Positions 18,791 to 26,769 of a DNA stretch of 64,000 nt are shown here, in pieces. Under the pieces are notes generated by a model, which saw only the letters and a list, made by a program, of their open reading frames with translations, ran no database searches and was not told where the DNA came from. The DNA is from a virus, in the IMG/VR virus record IMGVR_UViG_3300037483_001170, positions 32,001-96,000 of that record; one strand, given 5' to 3'. The stretch's first letter is position 1. Each line of letters begins with the position of its first letter. Position numbers and translations under genes: made by a program.

Positions 18791-18846
18791 GCCAGCTTGT
18801 TGGCCGGCTTCCCAGCTCACACTAGCCATCGCCAGAACGGTGTCAA
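18791..18846 (-). promoter_or_regulatory. Early promoter P2 with leader hairpin
   Basis: TTGACA-16-TAGTGT...GCCGGC-CAACAA-GCTGGC. Confidence 0.75.
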
Positions 18847-18847
18847 G

Positions 18848-19372
18848 CTACTTACGCTCTTCTGGTTTTCCGCAGAACAGGCAGTAGTCGTGACACGTGT
18901 CTTCGTCATCGTCGTAGACGCACTTCGGAAGGGGGTTCTCCGCAGCCGGGCACTCGTGATAGCCCACGAAAGGGTTCTCGATCGATGCAGTCAGCTTCTC
19001 GACCGCCCGTGCGCCCAGGAGTGCGTACTGCTTGCTGCGCGCCTCACGGAGCCTCTCGATCTGAGCATCGAGCTTCGCGATGCGCGCGAGAAGCGCCGCA
19101 GCCTCTGCCGACGGGACACGACGAACAGCCGGCTCGCCGCGTCGCACACGCCGACCCGACAGCATCTTGCCGATCTTCTTGGCCAGCTCAGCGTGCAGAT
19201 CCCGATCGAGCACATCGCCAAGGCTGAGGCCGCCCCGCCCAAACGTGCCACTCGTGCGCGTCGTCCACCGACCGTCCGACCTCACCTGCACCTTGACGAG
19301 CGCGGCGTCGTCATCGCAGCGCGACACGAGAGCCCGGTACTTCACACCATCGTGCTGAACCTGCGAAATCAT
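18848..19372 (-). CDS. Hypothetical protein with C-terminal Cys/His zinc-binding motif
   Basis: HECP..CVYD..CHDYCLFCGKPEERK; start after GAGGAG. Confidence 0.65.
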   Translation of the reverse strand: MISQVQHDGVKYRALVSRCDDDAALVKVQVRSDGRWTTRTSGTFGRGGLSLGDVLDRDLHAELAKKIGKMLSGRRVRRGEPAVRRVPSAEAAALLARIAKLDAQIERLREARSKQYALLGARAVEKLTASIENPFVGYHECPAAENPLPKCVYDDDEDTCHDYCLFCGKPEERK

Positions 19373-19391
19373 GGTTTCCGCTCTCCTCTGA

Positions 19392-19472
19392 GCCAGCTTG
19401 TTGGCCGGCTTCAGCCAAGACAATAACACCTCCTCTCCGCGCGTCAAGCGTCAGACCACAACAGATCGCAGC
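19392..19472 (-). promoter_or_regulatory. Early promoter P3 with upstream box and leader hairpin
   Basis: GCTGCGATCTGTTG...TTGACG-16-TATTGT...GCCGGC-CAACAA-GCTGGC. Confidence 0.75.
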
Positions 19473-19796
19473 ACAGCCAAGACAGTATCCATGCCAGCGG
19501 CCGTCCACCTCATCGCCAATTTCATTACTAGCGGACGAGGCCGGCGCCTGGAGGGAGATTCCAGTAGTAGCCTGTAGGACAACGCGAAACCATTGGTTTT
19601 TTCTGCCATCGCCAGTTTCCGTGCCAGCCGGACAGGCCGAGCCCCAGCCCCTTCGGTGCTACCCGTGGTCGTCTGAAAACGGCGGGGCGTAGACGGGCGC
19701 TGGCGGGCGGCAATCCACGTGGTCACGTATGGTTATTCCAGAAGGCTCGATATACCTCTCTCTATGCACGAAACAGCATCTTGTTGGACCCCGCGC

Positions 19797-19852
19797 TTGA
19801 CACCGGTCTAACCATCGCTAGAGTCGTGGGGTGAGCCAGCAAACACGCTGGC
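19797..19852 (+). promoter_or_regulatory. Early promoter P4 with leader hairpin
   Basis: TTGACA-16-TAGAGT...GCCAGC-AAACAC-GCTGGC. Confidence 0.75.
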
Positions 19853-19869
19853 CGGACGGAAAGAGATAG

Positions 19870-20295
19870 ATGGCACAGTTCACCACGATCCAGTTCCGCA
19901 ACCGCTTGGGCGGCATCGAGTATCCGGGCTCGCGCGAGGAAGCGACCTTCCGCGGACCGGACCAGCACCGTGATGCCAGCGACGTGCTCGACCGGCTCGT
20001 TGCGTCTGACCCCGAGACGTGGGCAGATGCTGGTCTGACGCTCGTGACGCACGAGATCGACGATGCGGCGATCGCGACCGGCGCCGACGCACCGCTGCAT
20101 CCCGGGCACGCGGTCCTTCGCGTTCTGATCCCCGACACCGCCGCGAGACGCGCCTTCGTACAGAAGGCGTGTTCGGTTGCCGAGTGGTACCCGCCGCACC
20201 TCATCGCTGCCGTGGCCGAAGCGAACGGCCGCAAGCCGGTGAACGTGAGCCCCGAAGACGCGCGATCGGTGCGCGCCTTCATCGAAAGCATCTGA
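19870..20295 (+). CDS. Hypothetical early protein
   Basis: First ORF after P4, high GC3. Confidence 0.65.
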   Translation: MAQFTTIQFRNRLGGIEYPGSREEATFRGPDQHRDASDVLDRLVASDPETWADAGLTLVTHEIDDAAIATGADAPLHPGHAVLRVLIPDTAARRAFVQKACSVAEWYPPHLIAAVAEANGRKPVNVSPEDARSVRAFIESI

Positions 20296-20305
20296 GGAGA
20301 GTCTC

Positions 20306-20629
20306 ATGCACAACAACACGGACGAAGACAAGATCGCGTACCTCATCGTGAGCGAACCCGGCGGTGTGGACGGCCGCGATTCCGCGGACAAGGGCGGGCA
20401 CATCCACACGGCGACGTTCGACAAGACCACGGCCGAAGCGCTGCACAAGAAGCTCGGACCGGGCTGGTACCGCATCGACACGAAGATCGTCGTCGGCGTG
20501 GCCAAGTCGCGCGAGACCGCGATCAAGAAGCTCAGCGCGCTCGACCGGCTGCTCATCCTCGGCGAGAAGATCACCACGACCCGTCGCGCGGTTCGGGAGC
20601 GGGACCATTCGGAAGGGAACCGCGGCTGA
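20306..20629 (+). CDS. Hypothetical protein
   Basis: GAGGAG RBS, high GC3. Confidence 0.65.
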   Translation: MHNNTDEDKIAYLIVSEPGGVDGRDSADKGGHIHTATFDKTTAEALHKKLGPGWYRIDTKIVVGVAKSRETAIKKLSALDRLLILGEKITTTRRAVRERDHSEGNRG

Positions 20630-20634
20630 CGCCC

Positions 20635-20838
20635 ATGGCACACAACGAAGCGGACGACTACCGTCGAGCCGCCGCGCACTACCGGGCGTGGACGCGTGTC
20701 GACGGTCTGCACAGCGACGAGCACTACAGCCTGGTCATGACCATCGAGGAGATGGTGAAGATGGCCAAGCAGTGCGAGCGTCGCGATACTGCAACGGAAC
20801 GGTTTCTTGCCGGCGAAGACGAAAGCGAGGCTCCATGA
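20635..20838 (+). CDS. Hypothetical protein
   Basis: Operon-consistent small ORF. Confidence 0.55.
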   Translation: MAHNEADDYRRAAAHYRAWTRVDGLHSDEHYSLVMTIEEMVKMAKQCERRDTATERFLAGEDESEAP

Positions 20839-21254
20839 ACAAGACCGCAGAAACGACCGTCCCCGACTCCGACGACCTTGCGTGCTGGGCACGCCCTGGC
20901 GTTGGCGCGTCGCCGTTCATCATGCTCATCAAGCGTCTGCGAGAGACGCGTGGACTCGGACTGCTCGACGCGAAAGTCCTGGTCGAAGCCTGGCAGCAGT
21001 CGGGGGCATTGCCGTTCCGAACGGACGTGCCCGCCGTACCGACGCACGTCCAGCTTCTGACCGGTCACCAAGTGCTCTGCAAGCTGGTGTCAAACACGGC
21101 CAAGCGCCGAGACGTCATCCGCATCGGCTGCGACGACCTGCTCTCCGGCGTGTGGAGCGCTTACCATCTGAAGTGTGCGTCGAAAGCGTGCATCGGCCGA
21201 GAGCCGACCGTCGGTGAGATCGCCGCCGTACGCGCGTTCTTCGAATCGCTCTGA
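20835..21254 (+). CDS. Hypothetical protein with L7/L12 C-terminal-domain-like motif
   Basis: IMLIKRLRETRGLGLLDAKVLVE resembles bL12 IKxVRxxTGLGLKEAKxLVE. Confidence 0.55.
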   Translation: MNKTAETTVPDSDDLACWARPGVGASPFIMLIKRLRETRGLGLLDAKVLVEAWQQSGALPFRTDVPAVPTHVQLLTGHQVLCKLVSNTAKRRDVIRIGCDDLLSGVWSAYHLKCASKACIGREPTVGEIAAVRAFFESL

Positions 21255-21264
21255 CGGGAACCGC

Positions 21265-21321
21265 TTGACAGCGCTTCGGTCGTAGCTAGAGTGTTCTTCG
21301 TGAGTCGCCCAACACGGCGGC
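21265..21321 (+). promoter_or_regulatory. Early promoter P5 with leader hairpin
   Basis: TTGACA-16-TAGAGT...GTCGCC-CAACAC-GGCGGC. Confidence 0.75.
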
Positions 21322-21335
21322 CGGAGGGTGAGCGG

Positions 21336-21626
21336 ATGGCGAAGACGACGCACGAACAGGACATCGCGTGGCTCTGCGTCCAGGATGCCATGAAAGTGCT
21401 CGGAACGGGCTGGAACCACGTCAGCGACGACGTTCGCTGGGGTCTGGTCGCGTCGGAGATTCTCAGCGTCGTCGTCGGACAGTCGGCGCTGACCGACGAC
21501 GAGTACGCCACTGACAAGCGCCTCGGCGGCGTCGCGCTCTACACGCGAGAGCTGTGGCGCGTCGGCATGGCCATCAAGGACAACGGCTGGAAGCGTCCGT
21601 GGGCGGTCAAGGCGGTGAAGTCGTGA
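21336..21626 (+). CDS. Hypothetical early protein
   Basis: First ORF after P5, with GGAGG RBS. Confidence 0.6.
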   Translation: MAKTTHEQDIAWLCVQDAMKVLGTGWNHVSDDVRWGLVASEILSVVVGQSALTDDEYATDKRLGGVALYTRELWRVGMAIKDNGWKRPWAVKAVKS

Positions 21627-22573
21627 CGCTGCGTGGAACGTGCCCGGCGTGCTTCCGGGACATGCCGGTCGGTCAGGTCGTCGCAGGCCCCGTGATGACG
21701 CGCCACGGCTGGCAGGAACAGGGCGGTCGCCAGGTCGGCGTGTACGGCCAGGCGTGGCATGCGGGTCAGTGCTTCGGCGTCGGCTGGACGCCGTTCGAAC
21801 TCAGCACAGCGGGCACCGTCGCGTTCATCACGCAGGTTCTCTTCCCGCGTGCTCTCACACAGGAGAACGCACTCGCGCATCTCGCGACGCGGCCCCCGCT
21901 CATCATCGACTTCGAGAACGAGGGCTATCTCCCGGGCTCGTCGCTGGTCGGAAAGTCGCGGGAGAAGTACAAGGCGCCGTACCAGGCCCGACTCGTGGAC
22001 GGCTTCCCGGGCGCACCGCGCACGACCCTCTACGTCGGCAACGAGAGCATCTACCTCGTCGGCCTTTCGTCGTACCAGGATGCGCTTCAGAGCGAGATCG
22101 ACCAGCATCGGGCTCTGCTCGGCTCGTTACGGCGCGAAGCGCTCGACTGCTTCGCCGCCATCTCCACGTGGAAGCTCGGGGAGCTTCGCGACGAAGAGCG
22201 CGTTCCGACGCGGCACTACAAGAACGAGGGCGCGCGGGTGCCGTTCTGCGGCTCACGGAGCCACGGCATCTTCTCGACCGACGACGAGTCCATCGTGACG
22301 TGTTCACGGTGCAAGAAGGCGCTCGATGCGGACAAGGCCCTAGCCGCCAAGAACGCGCAGGTGCGAGCGGACAGCGCCGCGCTCACCGAGTGGCTCACGA
22401 AGCTCGGCAAGCACGCCAAGATCGCCGAGATCAAGAAGGGACTCGGATGGGACACCAAGCGCATCAACGCGGCGTTCGACGTGGCGCGGCGCGCGAAGAA
22501 GGCGGATCACACCTTCTGGCTCGGCAACGCAACGGGGACGTGGTACTTCGCGCCGCCGCTGGTGCGAACGTGA
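21623..22573 (+). CDS. Hypothetical protein with zinc-binding motifs
   Basis: GTCPACFR..HG..C; H..CG..VTCSRC. Confidence 0.7.
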   Translation: MTLRGTCPACFRDMPVGQVVAGPVMTRHGWQEQGGRQVGVYGQAWHAGQCFGVGWTPFELSTAGTVAFITQVLFPRALTQENALAHLATRPPLIIDFENEGYLPGSSLVGKSREKYKAPYQARLVDGFPGAPRTTLYVGNESIYLVGLSSYQDALQSEIDQHRALLGSLRREALDCFAAISTWKLGELRDEERVPTRHYKNEGARVPFCGSRSHGIFSTDDESIVTCSRCKKALDADKALAAKNAQVRADSAALTEWLTKLGKHAKIAEIKKGLGWDTKRINAAFDVARRAKKADHTFWLGNATGTWYFAPPLVRT

Positions 22574-22583
22574 GGAGCGCGCG

Positions 22584-22796
22584 ATGAAGATCACGTCCGC
22601 AGACGAGAAGTACGTGCACATCATGCTCACCCAGTCGCCTGGGAAGCGGCGCGATCGCGCGATCGCAGAGCTGCTACGTCAGTCGGCCATCGCCATCGGC
22701 GAGGCGTGCGAATGCGGCTCGACGGACGTCGAGGAAGGCGCGCCGGGCCAGTACCGGTGCTGCGACTGCGACACGCGATGGGGACGGCACGAATGA
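22584..22796 (+). CDS. Small zinc-ribbon protein
   Basis: CECG...CCDC. Confidence 0.55.
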   Translation: MKITSADEKYVHIMLTQSPGKRRDRAIAELLRQSAIAIGEACECGSTDVEEGAPGQYRCCDCDTRWGRHE

Positions 22797-22999
22797 CCCA
22801 GAGCGCGAACAAGGCGCACCCCAAGCGCGTCGTCCTGACCGCGGCCGCGCTCGGCGCGATGAACTCCGCAGTCTCCGCTGCGCTTTCCGGCGAAGAGGGC
22901 GAAGGCGACTGCGCCGACGTCACGTTTGCCGACCTCGAACGTGCGCAGGACTGGATTCACGCCGAATACGCCAGGCGCGCGAAGAGGCGGCGCGTCTGA
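22793..22999 (+). CDS. Hypothetical protein
   Basis: ATGA-coupled ORF. Confidence 0.5.
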   Translation: MTQSANKAHPKRVVLTAAALGAMNSAVSAALSGEEGEGDCADVTFADLERAQDWIHAEYARRAKRRRV

Positions 23000-23085
23000 C
23001 AGCGCTGCGCTTTGTTGCGTCCGCTGCTTGACAGCGTACTGGCACATCGCTAGGATGGATCGAGTGAGCCGGCAAACACGCTGGC
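22994..23085 (+). promoter_or_regulatory. Early promoter P6 with upstream box and leader hairpin
   Basis: GTCTGAC-N3-GCTGCGCTTTGTTGCG...TTGACA-17-TAGGAT...GCCGGC-AAACAC-GCTGGC. Confidence 0.78.
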
Positions 23086-23096
23086 CGAGGAGACGG

Positions 23097-23444
23097 ATGA
23101 TGAGCAAGAACCGACGCGTGGTGGTCTACGACTTCTCCTGGGACGACCAGGGTGATCTGGGCCTGTGGGTCTTCGACGGGCGCGAGGAAGTGCTCGTGGA
23201 GGCCATGGAGCGCATCTCGACGGAGGTCGAAACGCGCTACAACCGTCTCGGAGAGCCCAGCGGCGAGTACACGCTCGTCTCGGGCAAGCTACCGGAGGGC
23301 GCTGGCGTGCTGCTCCCGGGCGCGGCGAAGCCCGTCTTCGGCGTGGCCGCGGAGAGCGCGTGGGATCGCCTCGTGCGCGCTTCGCATGAGGGCGCGATGG
23401 TCGATAACGGTCGCGGCGTCGGCGGCATCGAGAGGGCGTCGTGA
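23097..23444 (+). CDS. Hypothetical early protein
   Basis: First ORF after P6, with GAGGAG RBS. Confidence 0.6.
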   Translation: MMSKNRRVVVYDFSWDDQGDLGLWVFDGREEVLVEAMERISTEVETRYNRLGEPSGEYTLVSGKLPEGAGVLLPGAAKPVFGVAAESAWDRLVRASHEGAMVDNGRGVGGIERAS

Positions 23445-23788
23445 GCAGCAACCTGGAAGACGTCGCCTGCTTCGTCGCCGTGCTCGCGCGCTACGCGCCG
23501 GCCGCGAAGCCTGCACAACTGATCGCGCGTGAGGCGCTCGCGATTCGCGATGATGCGGCTCGCCTGCACGCGCTCGCGGAGCACGAGTGCAACCGTGGGC
23601 TCACGGCGCAAGAGACCGCGCGCGAGCAGCGCATCCAGCAGCGTGTCGTCGCGGTGCTCGCCGAGTACGGGGTCACGCCCGACAACATCCGCTTCAACGG
23701 CGACCCGCGTGGGGCGGCGCTCAAGATTCGCTTCAAGAACGGCGAGACCCACGGCGACTTCGGCGGCGAAGGGCTCTGGTGCGTCTGA
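23441..23788 (+). CDS. Hypothetical phage protein
   Basis: LAEHECN...FNGDPRGAALKI, coupled ORF. Confidence 0.65.
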   Translation: MSSNLEDVACFVAVLARYAPAAKPAQLIAREALAIRDDAARLHALAEHECNRGLTAQETAREQRIQQRVVAVLAEYGVTPDNIRFNGDPRGAALKIRFKNGETHGDFGGEGLWCV

Positions 23789-24045
23789 TGAGCGACACAA
23801 CCCCCATCGCGCTCATCGAGCGCCTCGCGGCTCGCATGGGCGTCTCCAAGCACCGCATCAACCTGGACTTCCGCATCTACTCGGAAGAGGACGGCGGCCC
23901 CTCCTGGAGCATCTACGCGTCGATCCCGCAGAAGGACAAGCGCAAGGTCGACAGGACGCTGCACGCGGGCGGGCCGACGCTCGACGAAGCCGAGATCGAG
24001 ATGCTGGAGACGTTCAGGCGCATGCAAGAGCGCGGAGAAGCCTGA
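23788..24045 (+). CDS. Hypothetical protein
   Basis: TGATG coupling. Confidence 0.55.
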   Translation: MSDTTPIALIERLAARMGVSKHRINLDFRIYSEEDGGPSWSIYASIPQKDKRKVDRTLHAGGPTLDEAEIEMLETFRRMQERGEA

Positions 24046-24410
24046 TGGACAAGACGCCGAAGCCGATCGCGGCCGATCCGTATCTCAGCACCGATCGGAC
24101 CGTACGCCGCGCGCTCATCCTCGACCAGGCGCGCGGCACGACGCTGGATCTGATCTCGGGGACCGCGAAGTGGGTCCGCAGCAGATTTCGAGATCTGGAA
24201 CAGGATCTCCGCGAGATAGCCACCAGCGGCGCCGTCGATGCGAGCGATCTCATCCGCCAGCTGGCCTGCCTGCAAGGGCTGACGCATCAGCTCCACGCAC
24301 AGAACACGGCGATGCTCGTGCTCTACGATCTGGCCACCGAGTGGCCGGCGGACGTCGAAGTCACGGTGCCTGCGTACACGGACTTCGTCCCCACGGAGAA
24401 GTCCACTTGA
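24045..24410 (+). CDS. Hypothetical protein
   Basis: TGATG coupling. Confidence 0.55.
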   Translation: MDKTPKPIAADPYLSTDRTVRRALILDQARGTTLDLISGTAKWVRSRFRDLEQDLREIATSGAVDASDLIRQLACLQGLTHQLHAQNTAMLVLYDLATEWPADVEVTVPAYTDFVPTEKST

Positions 24411-24820
24411 GCGACTTCTACGAGAAGCGGGCCGCCGAGTACGAGAAGCGGTGGCAGGACGAGATCGCCGCCGGCAAGATCGTGCGCGCGGAGCGCGACG
24501 AGGCTCGACGCCTGCTGCGGCTCGCCGAGGCGACGCGCATGGAGGTCGACCGTGTTCACGCCGAGGCCGGCGCGCCGTACGGAACGCCAGCCGACACGCG
24601 CGAGCTGGTGAAGCGTGTCATCGCATCGTGCGACGGCGACGGGCACACTTCGGTTCCGCAGACGTTCTGGGTGCTCAAGCACCAGAGCGGCCTGTACATG
24701 AGGGACGGGCAAGGAGGCCCCGTCAGCAAGCCGCTCGATGCTGCGGCGTTTCACGTCAAGCCCGTCGCTCCCAGCGACTACAAGGTCATGCGCGTCTGCG
24801 TCTACGAAGAGGAGGACTGA
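24407..24820 (+). CDS. Hypothetical protein
   Basis: TTGA-coupled start after GGAG. Confidence 0.5.
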   Translation: MSDFYEKRAAEYEKRWQDEIAAGKIVRAERDEARRLLRLAEATRMEVDRVHAEAGAPYGTPADTRELVKRVIASCDGDGHTSVPQTFWVLKHQSGLYMRDGQGGPVSKPLDAAAFHVKPVAPSDYKVMRVCVYEEED

Positions 24821-24967
24821 CGTGCACTTCTGCACCGACGAAGCGCTCGCGCTCGCTGCGGCCGTGCCGATCATCGGCTTCGCGCTCCGTATGGGGCTCA
24901 CGAGCCTGATCGGGCTCTACCGCCAGGCACGCACGCGGGTCACGCAGTTCCTAAACGGGAGAGACTG

Positions 24968-25642
24968 ATGAGCTACACCATCAATCACTGGATCCTCATC
25001 AACGGCGGCATCGAGGAGGTTGCCTGGGCACACACCCTGGCCACGCAGATCTTCCCGCCCGAGCAGGTCTCGGCCGTCCTACGCGCGGCCATCAACTACG
25101 GAGGCTACCTCAGCGTCGCACCAGACGGCAGCAAGGAGGGCTGGGACGTCTCGGACGATTTCGATCGGCGCCGAGCCGAGTTCATGGCCTCACTGCTCGT
25201 CGGCCGGCTGCTACATGACCATGTCATGTCGTGGACCGTCTTCGGGCTCGGTGAAGACGGCGAGGGGCCATCGATCATGGAGTACCACGACCCCCTGTTC
25301 TACGCGCTGCTCGAAGGCGAGCCCGTTCACGAGTACCACAACCTGACGCTCGCCCACGCGCTCACGCCTCTCGACATCCTCGTACCCGGACGGGAAAACG
25401 AGCGATGGCGCGGGTGCGTCAAGGCGCGGGTGGCCGCGATGTCAGACGCGGCCACAGGTCTAGTCGAGATCGTCTCGGCCGAAACAATGGTGCTAGCCAA
25501 GCTGCTCGATGCTCCCGACAAGTACGGAGCCATCGGCACGCCCGACAAGCTCAGCACGGGTGCGCGCGCGTTCTACGACGAACTCCTCGCCGATGCGCAT
25601 CACGCCTTTCCCGGCGCTCACGCGAGCGTCCGATTCCGATGA
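24968..25642 (+). CDS. Hypothetical phage protein
   Basis: APDGSKEGWDVSD motif, GGAG RBS. Confidence 0.65.
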   Translation: MSYTINHWILINGGIEEVAWAHTLATQIFPPEQVSAVLRAAINYGGYLSVAPDGSKEGWDVSDDFDRRRAEFMASLLVGRLLHDHVMSWTVFGLGEDGEGPSIMEYHDPLFYALLEGEPVHEYHNLTLAHALTPLDILVPGRENERWRGCVKARVAAMSDAATGLVEIVSAETMVLAKLLDAPDKYGAIGTPDKLSTGARAFYDELLADAHHAFPGAHASVRFR

Positions 25643-25872
25643 CCGCACGCTCCACCACCGTCGTCCACGCCGGCCGGACGTGGCTCGTAGAGCTTCCGCC
25701 GGTCACGAGCCGGCACGAGTGCCCCCGCGTCGACGGGACGCCGGCTGACGACCCCGAGGACGTCCGGATGTTCGCGTACAAGCTCGGCGACCGCTGGCAC
25801 TCGCCGGGCTACACGCACCCGGGGCTCGCTGCGGCGTTCAACACCGCGATCGGCGCGCTCGAAAGCAGCTGA
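25639..25872 (+). CDS. Hypothetical protein
   Basis: ATGA-coupled ORF. Confidence 0.5.
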   Translation: MTARSTTVVHAGRTWLVELPPVTSRHECPRVDGTPADDPEDVRMFAYKLGDRWHSPGYTHPGLAAAFNTAIGALESS

Positions 25873-25873
25873 C

Positions 25874-25956
25874 TGTCAGACAATCTTGCGCCCTGCCACT
25901 TGCACTCGGTCGGTGGCGTGCTACATTGATTTCCGTTGAGCCCGCCGACAAGCGGG
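25874..25956 (+). promoter_or_regulatory. Early promoter P7 with TGTCAGACA site and leader hairpin
   Basis: TGTCAGACA...TTGCAC-16-TACATT...CCCGC-CGACAA-GCGGG. Confidence 0.7.
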
Positions 25957-25973
25957 ACGAGGAGCGAGAGACC

Positions 25974-26270
25974 ATGGAGCGGACAAGCGACGACCTGGAG
26001 GCGGATGCGATCTTCGAGGAAGAAGATCGCGAAGACGAAGAGCGCCAGATGGAGCGGTACCTGCCGTTCGAGCGGCTCGTCGAAGAAGAGAAGTCCATGC
26101 GGGCGGAGATCATCGCGCTCCGGCGCCATGTGAGGCGGCTGGAGCGCGAGAAGGCCGCGCTCATGGGCAGCTGGCTCGCGGCTACCGAGCGCGCCAGTAG
26201 TAATATGCTGCTGGCAGCGCTCGCCGGTGCCTTCGACCAGAAGCCAGAAGCCGGAAAGGAGGGCGCATGA
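25974..26270 (+). CDS. Acidic coiled-coil hypothetical protein
   Basis: First ORF after P7, with GAGGAG RBS. Confidence 0.6.
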   Translation: MERTSDDLEADAIFEEEDREDEERQMERYLPFERLVEEEKSMRAEIIALRRHVRRLEREKAALMGSWLAATERASSNMLLAALAGAFDQKPEAGKEGA

Positions 26271-26470
26271 CGACGTACGCCGCGCGCGACCTGTTCCTCT
26301 ACGTGAAGGGCAGGCTCATCACCGCCCAGTCGTTCTCGCTCGTCCTCTCAGACAACGGCATCACCATCAAGCTGCCGAGCGGTACCGAGGTCACCGACTA
26401 CGACCTGGACACTGCCATCAAGGTGGCCAACCACGTCCTCACGGAAGCCGGAAAGGTGGAAGCGCCATGA
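26267..26470 (+). CDS. Hypothetical protein
   Basis: AGGAGG RBS, coupled. Confidence 0.55.
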   Translation: MTTYAARDLFLYVKGRLITAQSFSLVLSDNGITIKLPSGTEVTDYDLDTAIKVANHVLTEAGKVEAP

Positions 26471-26769
26471 GCACGTCGAAGACCCTCGGTAACGCCGAGC
26501 CAACCGATGCCGAGCGCCAGCGGATGATCGTCGTTCTCGACGGTCTCCGGGAGCGGTTGTTCAACGCTCGTGGCAGCAGGTTCCATCCCGCAGCCTTCAA
26601 CGAGGACGACGGCACGGTCGAGCTTCGCCATGTCGATGGTGGCCGAGCCTTGATCTCGGCCTGGATCCACGGCGAGGGCAGCAGCCGTGCGCTGCTCGTG
26701 TGGCGTCATCCGACGTACCGCTACGAACAGGATGACGCGTACCTGCACGCGGCGAAGGTGACGAAGTGA
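26467..26769 (+). CDS. Hypothetical protein
   Basis: ATGA-coupled ORF. Confidence 0.5.
   Translation: MSTSKTLGNAEPTDAERQRMIVVLDGLRERLFNARGSRFHPAAFNEDDGTVELRHVDGGRALISAWIHGEGSSRALLVWRHPTYRYEQDDAYLHAAKVTK

Noticed and set aside
18054-25956. Hairpin repeats as a CRISPR array, REP elements or terminators
   Set aside because: They are dispersed, always lie between a promoter and an SD, and have no spacers, no U-tract and no cas genes.
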